Assembly (NCBI GenBank): GCA_965214095.1 | Contig: OZ243938.1 | Coordinates: 4,704,001-4,768,000 of the forward strand | Length of the DNA stretch: 64,000 nt | From: Candidatus Poribacteria bacterium | GTDB taxonomy: Bacteria; Poribacteria; WGA-4E; WGA-3G | Direction: 5' to 3' | In this document: positions 1 through 9,337 of the stretch, in pieces | How the letters are laid out: every line of letters starts with the position of its first letter | How positions within the stretch are numbered: the first letter of the stretch is position 1 | Notes under the pieces: model-generated | Seen by the model: the letters and a program-made list of their open reading frames with translations, nothing else | What the model was told of the DNA's origin: nothing | Database searches by the model: none | Made by a program: the position numbers and the translations under genes

Positions 1-414
1 TGCGTGTTCTGAAATAGTGACAATTGTCTGTCTGTTGCTTGTATCTATTTCAATGTCACCGTCAATATGATTTGTGGTCAATTTCCATAAAGTGTGTAGC
101 ACTTTCGGTTCTGGATCATAGAGGTCGTTTATAGGTTGCGGAACGGATTTAAATGTTTGTAGCAGGCGATATGCATTATCTGAACTCCATTCTGTACCGA
201 GATAGACAGAATACTGCTGCATCAGACGCAAAGCAGCACTGTCTGTTATCACCTTCATCGGTTCATCAAGAAACGTGACTTGTAGCGGTTCGACCGCTGT
301 AACCTGATCTGCCCCTCCAAGTTCGTCTGTATTTTCCCAACTGTATTCATAAGCTATTGAAACTTGAACATAAGAAATTAATATGCAATAGAGAGCAAGT
401 TTTATTACTTTCAT
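1..414 (-). CDS. Secreted protein of unknown function; N-terminal part only, runs off the window start
   Basis: Manual translation from ATG at 414: MKVIKLALYCILISYVQVSIAYEYSWENTDELGG..., open to position 1. It has a signal-peptide-like start and a GGGGAGA RBS. Confidence 0.8.
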   Translation of the reverse strand, partial: MKVIKLALYCILISYVQVSIAYEYSWENTDELGGADQVTAVEPLQVTFLDEPMKVITDSAALRLMQQYSVYLGTEWSSDNAYRLLQTFKSVPQPINDLYDPEPKVLHTLWKLTTNHIDGDIEIDTSNRQTIVTISEHA

Positions 415-673
415 TTTAATTCTCCCCTATTTAAGCTAAATAGTGTTCTTAGGATTACGATCTATACAGAGTATGTGTCGTATTGTTGTTATTTACATAT
501 ATTGATTTAAGATAACCTAAGTTGCTACCTATGTACCACAAACTCTTTGTTTCTGCATACGAGAACACAAACTGAAAATTACGCTACAATACTTTGTGAA
601 TAATCAGCGTTTCTCTATTAGATACGGTATATCACTGACAAATGTCTTGTCAGTACCAACTTAAATTAAAATA

Positions 674-702
674 ATTATAATAAATAGTCATATAAGAGTC
701 AA
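674..702 (-). promoter_or_regulatory. Sigma70 promoter TTGACT-N17-TATAAT (copy 1 of a conserved block, ~510-832)
   Basis: Near-consensus hexamers with a 17-bp spacer. The same motif occurs at 34129-34157 and 62172-62200. Confidence 0.8.
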
Positions 703-834
703 TATTTTTTGTATTATAATAACATTATATATTAGTTTAAAATGACTTTTGTTGTATTGTAAAATGAAATATATTGAATGTTCTTGTTGTGAACGTGTTC
801 GCCAGTTGGGGCAAACCTTCAATATCAGTAAGGT

Positions 835-973
835 TATACCATTTCTAAGAAAGAATAGTTCATTATAAAATTATGAATTCAAACTGAGATAGAGAATGTC
901 CGAGGACGCAATGAATTGCGTGACTACGAACACCTGTTTTGATAATGACAAGTTATCACTTAGAATTGGTATT
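835..973. repeat. MITE-like element family 2 (TACCATTTC...GAA(A/T)TGGTA ends) carrying a REP-like hairpin
   Basis: Terminal inverted repeats. An inverted copy lies at 21334-21434, a partial copy at 1393-1474 and a related shell at 63405-63518. Confidence 0.7.
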
Positions 974-1090
974 ATAATGTAACTGAGGGGTGTGCATAAA
1001 TAATCGGTGGATCAACATAGATGGTGACACACGTCACAAACTTCTTCATGTGGATAGGCACCATTCTTAGTGCAAAAAGGACAAGATTTT

Positions 1091-1173
1091 GTAGGTCGGG
1101 TAGAGTTTGCGAAACCCGACATGCAAGACTGGATACGATTGTGTCGGGTTTCACTGCGTTCTACCCGACCTAC
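1091..1173. repeat. Inverted GTAG-REP doublet (REPIN-like)
   Basis: GTAGGTCGGGTAGAG...GAAACCCGAC followed by the inverted copy GTCGGGTTTC...CTACCCGACCTAC. Confidence 0.7.
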
Positions 1174-1392
1174 GACATAAGCTTAGAATCGATTTTATTT
1201 ATGCCCACACCTAATGTAACTGGTTGTAGACGGGGGATGAAGGGAATTTTGGGGTTGGGAGAATGGATTTCAGGGTGGATTTATTGGGATTGCATTGGTT
1301 ATTGACGGTCAGTTAGCAGTTGTTGGCAGTCAACTATCATCATGTGGATCGCGGATTTTGGTTCTGAATCGCGGATTTGCGCGGATGACGCG

Positions 1393-1474
1393 GAGAATGT
1401 CCGAGGCGCAATGCATTGCACGACTACGAACACCTGTTTGATAATGATAGGTTGTTATTTAAAAATGGTATTAT
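1393..1474. repeat. Partial copy of MITE-like family 2
   Basis: GAGAATGTCCGAGG...GACTACGAACACCTGTTT...ATGGTATTATAA matches 892-977. Confidence 0.7.
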
Positions 1475-1522
1475 AAAGTAACTACAGAATCCACAGAGAT
1501 CAACAAGAAAAGTATAAAGCAA

Positions 1523-2530
1523 TTACGCTTTATAAAACTCTACTGTTGTGCCAGCCATGTCTGCAACTTTCTCTATTAGTTCTTCACGTTCTTTTTGCTG
1601 CATACCAGAGAACCGTTTAGCAATATCTATTTTTTCTTGTAATTGTTCAGCATTATCAGGTCCGGTGACAAGTGTGCTGACGGGAAATGCCCACACAAAA
1701 CGTATTGCTTCTTCAATACTTACCCGATTAGGCACAACTCTTGGCTTTGGTCCGTGTTTGCCATGTCTGGTTCCACCGAAAAATCCACCATTTGCTAAGG
1801 ACTTCATACCTATAACGCCAATGTTTCTTTCAACAAGCGATGGAATTACACCCTCAATAAAACTTTCATAACTGACATCGGCAATGTTTACCGGCAATTG
1901 ACACGCATCAAATATATCCGATTTATCTAATACGCGGGTGTGTGCGGATGGACTTGTATGTCCTGTGAATCCAATGTATCGAGCTTTTCCTGATTCTTTT
2001 GCCTCAGCCATGACATCAAAAACACCGTTCTCAATCCTTTCATTAACATCTTCAGGATTTCGAACAGCGTGTACCTGCCAAAGATCGACTTGATCTGTAT
2101 TGAGACGTTTGAGTGATCCTTCAAGGTGTTTTCGTGCAGTTTTTGCATCTCTTGCGTTTGTCTTTGTCATGAGAAATATATCGTCACGATATTTCGGAAT
2201 TAGCAGTTTGCCTAACCGTGTTTCACTTCCACCTTTCTGATAGGACTCGGCGGAGTCAAAAAATCTTACACCACCTTCCAATGCAACATCAAGCGTCTTT
2301 TGTGCTTCTTTTTCATCCATTTCACCGATATGCCATCCACCAAGTCCTAATATTGTGACTGATTCATCTGTCCTACCTAATTTCCGTAACGGCAAAAGTG
2401 TGCCTAAGCGGTCAGTAGAAGGTTTTACTTCCTGACCTTCTGAAACCCCTGAAGACAGGAGAATTCCTGTGGTTAATCCTGCCAATGACTTTAAAAATGC
2501 ACGTCGATCAATCATAGTTTTAACCTCCAC
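1523..2530 (-). CDS. Tat-exported aldo/keto reductase (likely start 2515)
   Basis: DRRAFLK twin-arginine motif. AKR motifs GLGG, FDSAESY, FLMTK and SLKRLNTDQVDLWQVH. Confidence 0.9.
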   Translation of the reverse strand: MEVKTMIDRRAFLKSLAGLTTGILLSSGVSEGQEVKPSTDRLGTLLPLRKLGRTDESVTILGLGGWHIGEMDEKEAQKTLDVALEGGVRFFDSAESYQKGGSETRLGKLLIPKYRDDIFLMTKTNARDAKTARKHLEGSLKRLNTDQVDLWQVHAVRNPEDVNERIENGVFDVMAEAKESGKARYIGFTGHTSPSAHTRVLDKSDIFDACQLPVNIADVSYESFIEGVIPSLVERNIGVIGMKSLANGGFFGGTRHGKHGPKPRVVPNRVSIEEAIRFVWAFPVSTLVTGPDNAEQLQEKIDIAKRFSGMQQKEREELIEKVADMAGTTVEFYKA

Positions 2531-2593
2531 CTCACATCATATAGTCAATCTGAATTTTTGTCAATATCAAAATTACAATCGTCAGCGTTATCC

Positions 2594-2655
2594 AATTGTC
2601 GCGAAACATTCTTGGAGGATGGGTTTCCAACCCTGATTTCTTACGCGACAGTTGA
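2594..2655. repeat. Palindromic intergenic element
   Basis: CAATTGTCGCG...CGCGACAGTTG arms enclose a GGGTTTCCAACCC hairpin. Confidence 0.5.
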
Positions 2656-2761
2656 ATTGCATTGATCTGACAATTGATTTCAATTGACCAACACAAGACC
2701 CTTATGTATAATAACGTAGTTTATTTGTTGATGTTGACAGATAAAATTTATAGGATACGTT

Positions 2762-3487
2762 ATGGAACATACTTTACAAAAACAGATTCCTGATAAAACT
2801 GTAGTCTTGACTTTTGACGATGGATGTAAGTCACAAGCAACCTTTGTAGCACCAATTCTCAAGCAATATGGTTTTGGTGCAACTTTTTACATCACAGAAG
2901 GACTTGGATTTCTCAAGAATAAAGAAGCCTATATGACATGGGAAGAAGTGAGAGAATTACATGAATCGGGATTTGAAATTGGAAACCATACCAGACATCA
3001 TCGGAATGTTACACAACAAAGTGATCAAGATTTAGAAAGCGACCTGCATTATATTGATATGCAATGTATGGAATATGGCATCGCAAAACCGACAACTTTC
3101 TGTTATCCTGGGTATAGTCATAATGAATCTGCAGTGAATGTTGTGAATTCACACGGATTTCAGTTCGCCCGTCGCGGGGTTGCCCCAGAGTTTCCATATA
3201 ATTCGGAGGGTGGAAGAGGTCCCGCTTATGACCCGAAAGTGCATCATCGACTTCTCATTCCAACCACTGGTGCGTCGGGACCGAATTGGGATTTTGATGA
3301 TTTTACGTGGGCACTTGAGCAGGCTAAAGATGGTAATATAACTGTGTTGACGTTTCACGGAGTACCGGATCTGGAACATCCGTGGGTTCACACAGAACCG
3401 GATGATTTTGAAATTTATATGGAATTTCTATCAGACAACGGTTTTACTGTCATTGCCCTACAGGATCTTTCCAACTATATATGGTAG
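2762..3487 (+). CDS. Polysaccharide deacetylase (CE4/NodB family)
   Basis: Motifs LTFDDG, ATFY, EIGNHTRHH, FCYPG and LTFH. Confidence 0.9.
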   Translation: MEHTLQKQIPDKTVVLTFDDGCKSQATFVAPILKQYGFGATFYITEGLGFLKNKEAYMTWEEVRELHESGFEIGNHTRHHRNVTQQSDQDLESDLHYIDMQCMEYGIAKPTTFCYPGYSHNESAVNVVNSHGFQFARRGVAPEFPYNSEGGRGPAYDPKVHHRLLIPTTGASGPNWDFDDFTWALEQAKDGNITVLTFHGVPDLEHPWVHTEPDDFEIYMEFLSDNGFTVIALQDLSNYIW

Positions 3488-3528
3488 GTTATAGAATCAA
3501 CTATGCATTTGTCAGAAGTGGTATTAGG

Positions 3529-5010
3529 TTATTGAGTCGCGCCTATTTGTGCGGCTTGCGGTGCGCGTGTTGGAAGTTTCTTCTCCGTTAACGCTTCTTG
3601 TGGCACATACCTTGAGTAATCCGAAATACCACCAGTTGTCAAAGCATATACAACAACATTCGTCATAAAACGATACACGTTCGGCGAATAATGCACACTG
3701 CGTGTCGGTATACTTATAGTTTCCATTGCACACATATAATCACGCCGTATCACAAGCACCGATAACTTCTCTCCGACAGAGATCCCTTCCAGATAGTTCC
3801 GTCTTGGCGGTCGTGTGCCCCACCAATAAATATCAAACCCCACAGGAGGTCCACCCATCCCATAGAAGTTGTGATAAATCTCGTGTGAATTTTTTACGCG
3901 TTCAACTGTGTATTCAGGCATCACATATCGCATTTGTGAGAAGAATAATCGCACCATTGCTTGTGCTGGTGCGTTGACACCGCAATCGTCAAAGATTAAA
4001 AACCCACCTTTTTCAACGAGGTATTTGCGGAGTCCTGCTGCTTCTGCTTCAGAAAAACGGTTGTCCATTTTACCACCGCCATATTGTCTACTGATCAGAT
4101 TTCGGGATCGCGTGAATGCTGGATCGTGTCCTGTCATAAAGACCAGTGGTGATTTCTGTAAGTTTGCATCTGTCAACTTGATAGACCCACCATCTACGTT
4201 CATATCTGTTTTGATTTTAGTTTTCTCGTTGAGCCATTTGGCAAGTGCGTTGAGTGCTGACGAATCTGCCCACCAATCTGAAAGGGTGTGTCGTACGCGT
4301 GCGAATCGGAACACACCGCGTATATCTCGACCTCTGCCGAAAACAACACCGCACGGGTCACCGTCAATTATTGATGGATTTTCAGCGGGGCCAAGTGGAA
4401 TTGCACGGACGACATTCGAAAGGGCACTTTCTGTCACACCGACATGTTCCGACATCGATAAACCGAGGGGACGTGTCCAATTAACCTTTACCTGAACGAC
4501 ACCAGCGAGTGGACGTCCGATATGAGCAGGACCCGCAGTAGACAAACTTGCTAAAGGACCCACAACTGGTAAAGCCTTGGGTGATATTGACACTGGTAAA
4601 TCCACAGGTGTTGTTATTTCCAATTTTGGGACATTGGGATTAACTATTCTCGGCACATTCGGATTGATAGGTGTTCTTACTTTAACATTCCGGTTAGATA
4701 TAGATACTTCCGATGCCATCTGAGGTTGAGGTTGTGTATGCTGTGCAACAGTTATTAGACGTGGTTGCGTTTCAACAGGATCGGCAACAAACATGTTTTC
4801 TACGATTGCAGTTGTCTTGTGGACAGGTTTAACAATTTGTTCACGGACTTGTGGTGGCTTGGGTGGTTCTGGTGTGTTTAGCACATCTACGCCGATGAAG
4901 GTTTTGAAGGTCTGTGTGTGCGTAACAAAGTAGAGTCCAGCAATCAGCACGATTAGACAGTGGATTGCAATTGAAGTCAACAGAGCACCAGATACTTTTT
5001 TGCTGTGCAT
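3529..5010 (-). CDS. Membrane-anchored DUF4159-domain protein with a Pro-rich linker
   Basis: N-terminal SIAIH TM anchor, Pro/Val-rich spacer, and C-terminal DWWAD...PLVFMTGH...LRKYLVEKGGFLIFDDC. Confidence 0.75.
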   Translation of the reverse strand: MHSKKVSGALLTSIAIHCLIVLIAGLYFVTHTQTFKTFIGVDVLNTPEPPKPPQVREQIVKPVHKTTAIVENMFVADPVETQPRLITVAQHTQPQPQMASEVSISNRNVKVRTPINPNVPRIVNPNVPKLEITTPVDLPVSISPKALPVVGPLASLSTAGPAHIGRPLAGVVQVKVNWTRPLGLSMSEHVGVTESALSNVVRAIPLGPAENPSIIDGDPCGVVFGRGRDIRGVFRFARVRHTLSDWWADSSALNALAKWLNEKTKIKTDMNVDGGSIKLTDANLQKSPLVFMTGHDPAFTRSRNLISRQYGGGKMDNRFSEAEAAGLRKYLVEKGGFLIFDDCGVNAPAQAMVRLFFSQMRYVMPEYTVERVKNSHEIYHNFYGMGGPPVGFDIYWWGTRPPRRNYLEGISVGEKLSVLVIRRDYMCAMETISIPTRSVHYSPNVYRFMTNVVVYALTTGGISDYSRYVPQEALTEKKLPTRAPQAAQIGATQ

Positions 5011-5048
5011 AACTCACCTCGTCAAAGGATGATATTACTGTAACATAC

Positions 5049-5064
5049 AGCAAGTTATATGCCA
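5049..5064 (-). promoter_or_regulatory. Sigma54 -24/-12 promoter
   Basis: TGGCATATAACTTGCT, about 40 bp upstream of the DUF4159 gene. Confidence 0.8.
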
Positions 5065-5110
5065 ATTAAATAGGTGGAATATGCGGTACATCCACACTTC
5101 TGACGATATT

Positions 5111-5160
5111 GCTGCACAAAAAAGGGCATTGAGATGTGAAGCTGCACAAAAAAGGGCATT
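5111..5160. promoter_or_regulatory. Paired enhancer (UAS) sites TGCAC-N6-GGGCA
   Basis: Exact 20-bp direct repeat GCTGCACAAAAAAGGGCATT, copies 30 bp apart, upstream of the sigma54 promoter. Confidence 0.7.
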
Positions 5161-5294
5161 TTCGGTATAGGATAGAATATCCGAAATAGATCATGACAAA
5201 TGTTATCAAAATCTATTAGAATGTGAGTTTGATTAGGCAGTGGAATTGGGAGGAGACATCTCAAGGAAAGTATAGTCAATAGAATGTCTCTGCA

Positions 5295-5663
5295 TTACTT
5301 ATGAAAGGCAGCTATGATTAAACATCCCCAACCTGCGATAAAGGCTAACCCACCAATCGGTGTAATTGCACCTAACCAACGTAGACCTGTTAGACTGAGA
5401 ATATATAAGCTTCCAGAAAAAATCAATATACCGATGATGAAGCACCACCCCGCAGCAGATATATAGTTGCTTTGCCATTGTGAAAATGCCCACGCAACGA
5501 CAATCAATCCAATTCCGTGATACATCTGATATCTCACCGCGACCTCAAATATATCTAACATCTCCTTTGAGAGTCTACCTTTAAGTGTATGTGCGCCAAA
5601 GGCACCTAACAGAACACTCAATAAGCTAAAAGCAGCACCGGCTGCAAAGTAAAAGTTTTTCAT
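5295..5663 (-). CDS. DUF423 (YgdD/TMEM256) family membrane protein
   Basis: Motifs GAFGAH, AVRYQMYH, FSGSLY and GAITPIGG. Confidence 0.92.
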   Translation of the reverse strand: MKNFYFAAGAAFSLLSVLLGAFGAHTLKGRLSKEMLDIFEVAVRYQMYHGIGLIVVAWAFSQWQSNYISAAGWCFIIGILIFSGSLYILSLTGLRWLGAITPIGGLAFIAGWGCLIIAAFHK

Positions 5664-5877
5664 AAATCTCCTTTATGGTTCATCTTCTTCTATGTATATT
5701 ATATACAATCTGAAACAAATGTGGAATTTATTTCTCAATCACCCATGCTAACTCTCATTTGCTATGACCTAAAGGTTTTTGTTGTAATAATATTGTCAAT
5801 TATGCTAAACTATACTATCTTATAACGGCATAGTTTGACCTATTCCGTATGGTTACAAAAGGAGAACTTACTACAAA

Positions 5878-7953
5878 ATGAGACAATACAGAACAGAAGA
5901 AATTCGGAATATCGGAATTATTGCTCATTCAGGGGCAGGTAAAACTTCCCTAATTGAAGCGATGCTTTATAACGGTGGTGCAATTGAACGAATGGGAGCC
6001 GTGGATGACGGAAACACGGTTGCTGACTATGCCTCTGATGAGATAGAACGCAAGACCTCACTCAATTGTTCCGTGTGTATTGCGGAATGGGCGGAAAATA
6101 AACTTAACCTTATTGATACTCCAGGAGCAGAAGATTTTTACGGAGACCTTCATGGTGTACTTCGAGTCGTGGATGCAGTTGTCGTAGTCGTTGACGCCAC
6201 AACAGGCGTTGAAGGGGGAACAGAAAAAGTCTGGGAGGTTGCCGACAAGTATAATCTTCCACGCATTCTCTTCATAAACAAAATGGATAAAGAGAACGCA
6301 AGTTTTGATAATGCACTTGCAAGTATTTCTGAAATCTTAGAAACACGAGCAGTTCCTATTCAAATCCCAATTGGTAAAGAAGATCAGTTTACTGGTGTGG
6401 TAGATGTAATTCAAGATAGTGCCTTTCTTGAACCAAATGGAAACGCACCTGTTGGGAAGTCAGATGTCCCAGACGATTTAGCTGGCACAGCAGAAGAATA
6501 TCGGGAAGCACTCGTTGAAGTTGCCGCTGAAAGCGATGATGAACTCATTGAAAAGTTTTTTGAAGGTGAGCTCTCTGAGGAAGAGATACAGAAAGGTCTG
6601 CAAACAGGGATCTCTGAAAATCAGTTTGTACCAGTACTATGCGGTTCATCGCTAAAGAATATAGGTGTTCAGCAGTTGATGGATATGGTAGTTAGTTGTT
6701 GTCCATCACCTGTTCAAGCAGGAGAAATCCAAGATGTAGAAGACGACTCTAAAACACGCGAACCTTCAACCGATGCACCTTTATCTGCTGTTGTTTTCAA
6801 AACAATCGCAGACCCATTTTCAGGTCAACTCAGTCTTTTCCGTGTGTATTCAGGTGCGTTAGCAGGAGATTCACAAGTAAACAACTCAAGCCGTGGAGAA
6901 GTTGAAAGAATCGGCAAACCCACTTTTATGAACGGTAAGCAAGCGATTAATACTGCTAATGTCCCGGCAGGAGATATCGGTGGAATAACGAAATTGGATA
7001 AAACACGTACCGGAGATACATTGTGTGATAGAGACGCAGCTATAAAGTTACCCGGAATTGAATTTCCTAATACAGTTATCTCTTATGCTATATCCCCAGT
7101 CCGTGAGGGTGACGATGAGAAACTCATTAACGCTCTTACAAGGATTGGTGAGGAAGACCCATCCTTCAAGATTGAACGAAACGACGTTACAAAGCAGTTA
7201 CTTGTTTCAGGTTTGGGTGAACTTCATATTACAGTTAATCGCGCAAGAATAGCAGAGAAATTTGGGGTTGAAACTGTGGTTGCACCGCCAAAAGTTGCAT
7301 ACCGAGAAACTGTACGCAAGAGCGTGCAGAATGTTCAAGAACGACACAAAAAACAATCTGGTGGTAAGGGGCAATTTGGTGATGTCACGATTAACCTCGC
7401 TCCATTACAGCGAGGCGAAGGTTTTGACTTTGTTGATAACATTAAAGGTGGGGCGATACCGAAGAACTATATCCCAGCAGTTCAAAAAGGTATACGCCAG
7501 AGAATGGAACGAGGGGTCCTGGCAGGTTTTCCTTTGGTTGATATCCAAATAGACTTACATGATGGAAAATACCATGATGTAGATTCATCGGATATGGCAT
7601 TCCAAATTGCAGGATCTATGGCTTTTGCTACTGCTGTACAACAAGCGAATCCATGTTTGCTTGAACCCATCATGAACGTTACAATCACTGTGCCTGATCA
7701 GTATATGGGGAGTATTATTGGAGATTTAAACGGACGTAGAGGACAGGTGATGGGTGTTGAACAGGCAGGGAAACGACAGATAATTCAGGCTATTGTCCCG
7801 CAGTCAGAAATGCTACGATATTCCATTGATTTGAAATCTATGACGAGTGCGCGTGGCAACTTCACCATGGAATTCTCAAACTATGAGATTGTCCCCGATG
7901 ATGTTGCACAGAAAGTCATCGCTGAATCCGCGACAGAAGAAGACGAATCCTAA
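5878..7953 (+). CDS. fusA: Elongation factor G-like protein (EF-G2 type)
   Basis: 691 aa with AHSGAGKT, DTPG, NKMD, KKQSGGKGQFG and HDVDSS. Not in an str operon. Confidence 0.88.
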   Translation: MRQYRTEEIRNIGIIAHSGAGKTSLIEAMLYNGGAIERMGAVDDGNTVADYASDEIERKTSLNCSVCIAEWAENKLNLIDTPGAEDFYGDLHGVLRVVDAVVVVVDATTGVEGGTEKVWEVADKYNLPRILFINKMDKENASFDNALASISEILETRAVPIQIPIGKEDQFTGVVDVIQDSAFLEPNGNAPVGKSDVPDDLAGTAEEYREALVEVAAESDDELIEKFFEGELSEEEIQKGLQTGISENQFVPVLCGSSLKNIGVQQLMDMVVSCCPSPVQAGEIQDVEDDSKTREPSTDAPLSAVVFKTIADPFSGQLSLFRVYSGALAGDSQVNNSSRGEVERIGKPTFMNGKQAINTANVPAGDIGGITKLDKTRTGDTLCDRDAAIKLPGIEFPNTVISYAISPVREGDDEKLINALTRIGEEDPSFKIERNDVTKQLLVSGLGELHITVNRARIAEKFGVETVVAPPKVAYRETVRKSVQNVQERHKKQSGGKGQFGDVTINLAPLQRGEGFDFVDNIKGGAIPKNYIPAVQKGIRQRMERGVLAGFPLVDIQIDLHDGKYHDVDSSDMAFQIAGSMAFATAVQQANPCLLEPIMNVTITVPDQYMGSIIGDLNGRRGQVMGVEQAGKRQIIQAIVPQSEMLRYSIDLKSMTSARGNFTMEFSNYEIVPDDVAQKVIAESATEEDES

Positions 7954-7996
7954 ATCAAAACTTGTTGTTGACTTTGATTTTGACCCAAGTACTTTT

Positions 7997-8035
7997 AAAA
8001 TAGGCACGTCCATTTATAAAAGACGCGCCTATTTT
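7997..8035 (+). terminator. Intrinsic terminator-like hairpin after EF-G2
   Basis: AAAATAGGCACGTC...GACGCGCCTATTTT. Confidence 0.6.
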
Positions 8036-8039
8036 GTAA

Positions 8040-9227
8040 TTGTCCACTGAGGAAACAGAAGTGAATATCATGATGCGTAGAATACTCAATACAATTACAA
8101 TTTTCATTGTACTCATTTCAGTGAACACATTTGCTGATACTTCTCCTGATGGACCTCACACAAATCTAATAGCACTAAAGTATCCTAAAGCACCTGCAAA
8201 ATTCAAGAATACAGTTAAACCCAAGTATCCCAAAGAAGCAAGAAACGCTGGAAAAGAAGGTAGAGCTGTTCTCCAAGTGACCATTGACATCAACGGTTTA
8301 CCAAAGGACATTGTAGCACTTACCAAGGTAGGTTTTGGTTTTGAGGAAGCATCAATTGAGGCATTAAAGCAGAGCACCTTTTATCCAGCTAAAAAAAATG
8401 GTAAACCTATTGAGGATAGAGTTAGAATACCTTATGAATTTAAGCTTGAGTCATCTGATTTTAAAATGGTATATATACCAAAAGGTGAATTCCAAATGGG
8501 AAGTAATAGTGGGGATTCAGATGAAGAACCGCTGCATTCTGTCTTTCTCAATGCATTTTATATAGACAAACATGAGGTGACAAACGCCCAATATAAAGAG
8601 TTTGTTGATGCAAACCCGCAGTGGCAGAAAGACAAAATTTTGCGGAAATACCATGATGGTTATTACTTAGCAGATTGGATTGGGAACTTTTTTCCATCTG
8701 GCAAAGACAACCACCCAGTTGTGTATGTGAGTTGGTATGCTGCGATGGCTTATGCAAAGTGGGGAAAAAAACGATTACCGACTGAAGCAGAATGGGAAAA
8801 AGCAGCTCGCGGTGGATTGGTAAGTAAGAAGTATCCATGGGGAGATACAATTGACTCAACCAATGCTAACTATTTTGACGGAACTGACAAGGAAATCACC
8901 CCGGTTGGTTCCTATCCAGCGAATGGATATGGATTATACGACATGGCAGGCAATGTACGCGAATGGTGTCTTGATACTTATGATGAGAACTTCTTTGGCA
9001 GTAGTCCACGTGAAAATCCATTTGCCGATGCAAAGAGTATTGATGATGTAATTGATGATTTCATTAACCTAAAAGGTAACCGTGTCTTGCGTGGTGGTTC
9101 ATGGCTAAATAGTGCACAATTAGTACGCATTTCAAATCGGTACTGGAGAGCACCTACTGCTACAAACCCAAATGAAGGGTTCCGATGTGCGAAGTCTGTG
9201 ACAGAGAAAAGAGAAAATCAGGAATAA
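8040..9227 (+). CDS. TonB C-terminal domain fused to an FGE-sulfatase (SUMF1) domain (likely start ~8070)
   Basis: Signal peptide; PKYPKEAR...EGRAVLQVTID...FYPAKKNGKP; then EVTNAQY, RLPTEAEWEKAARGG, LYDMAGNVREW, RGGSW and GFRC. Confidence 0.85.
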   Translation: MSTEETEVNIMMRRILNTITIFIVLISVNTFADTSPDGPHTNLIALKYPKAPAKFKNTVKPKYPKEARNAGKEGRAVLQVTIDINGLPKDIVALTKVGFGFEEASIEALKQSTFYPAKKNGKPIEDRVRIPYEFKLESSDFKMVYIPKGEFQMGSNSGDSDEEPLHSVFLNAFYIDKHEVTNAQYKEFVDANPQWQKDKILRKYHDGYYLADWIGNFFPSGKDNHPVVYVSWYAAMAYAKWGKKRLPTEAEWEKAARGGLVSKKYPWGDTIDSTNANYFDGTDKEITPVGSYPANGYGLYDMAGNVREWCLDTYDENFFGSSPRENPFADAKSIDDVIDDFINLKGNRVLRGGSWLNSAQLVRISNRYWRAPTATNPNEGFRCAKSVTEKRENQE

Positions 9228-9282
9228 TTGATGTAATTGAAATGAAGTTGTTTTTTGGTTTGATGTTACCTGTAGTTAACTG

Positions 9283-9313
9283 AAAAAAGGCACGCATCCG
9301 GAGCGTACCTTTT
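9283..9313. terminator. Bidirectional terminator-like hairpin between convergent genes
   Basis: AAAAAAGGCACGC-ATCCGGA-GCGTACCTTTT. Confidence 0.6.
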
Positions 9314-9337
9314 ATGTAATAGTTGAAAACAGTAAAC

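Noticed and set aside
795-830. c-di-GMP-I riboswitch (GGCAAACC)
   Set aside because: The downstream GCAAAG/P2 elements are missing and the motif is not conserved in the copy at 34260.
972-1305. ORFs 972-1154 and 1021-1305
   Set aside because: They are built from REP and low-complexity repeats and have no protein-like features.
5111-5160. 20-bp direct repeat as a mini CRISPR array
   Set aside because: Only two copies with a 10-bp spacer and no cas genes. It fits paired enhancer sites better.
8900-9227. DGR target (FGE-sulfatase/CLec fold) or TR/VR pair among the duplicated C-termini
   Set aside because: No reverse transcriptase and no template repeat. Differences between 31892-32250 and 50795-51155 involve all bases, not only adenines.
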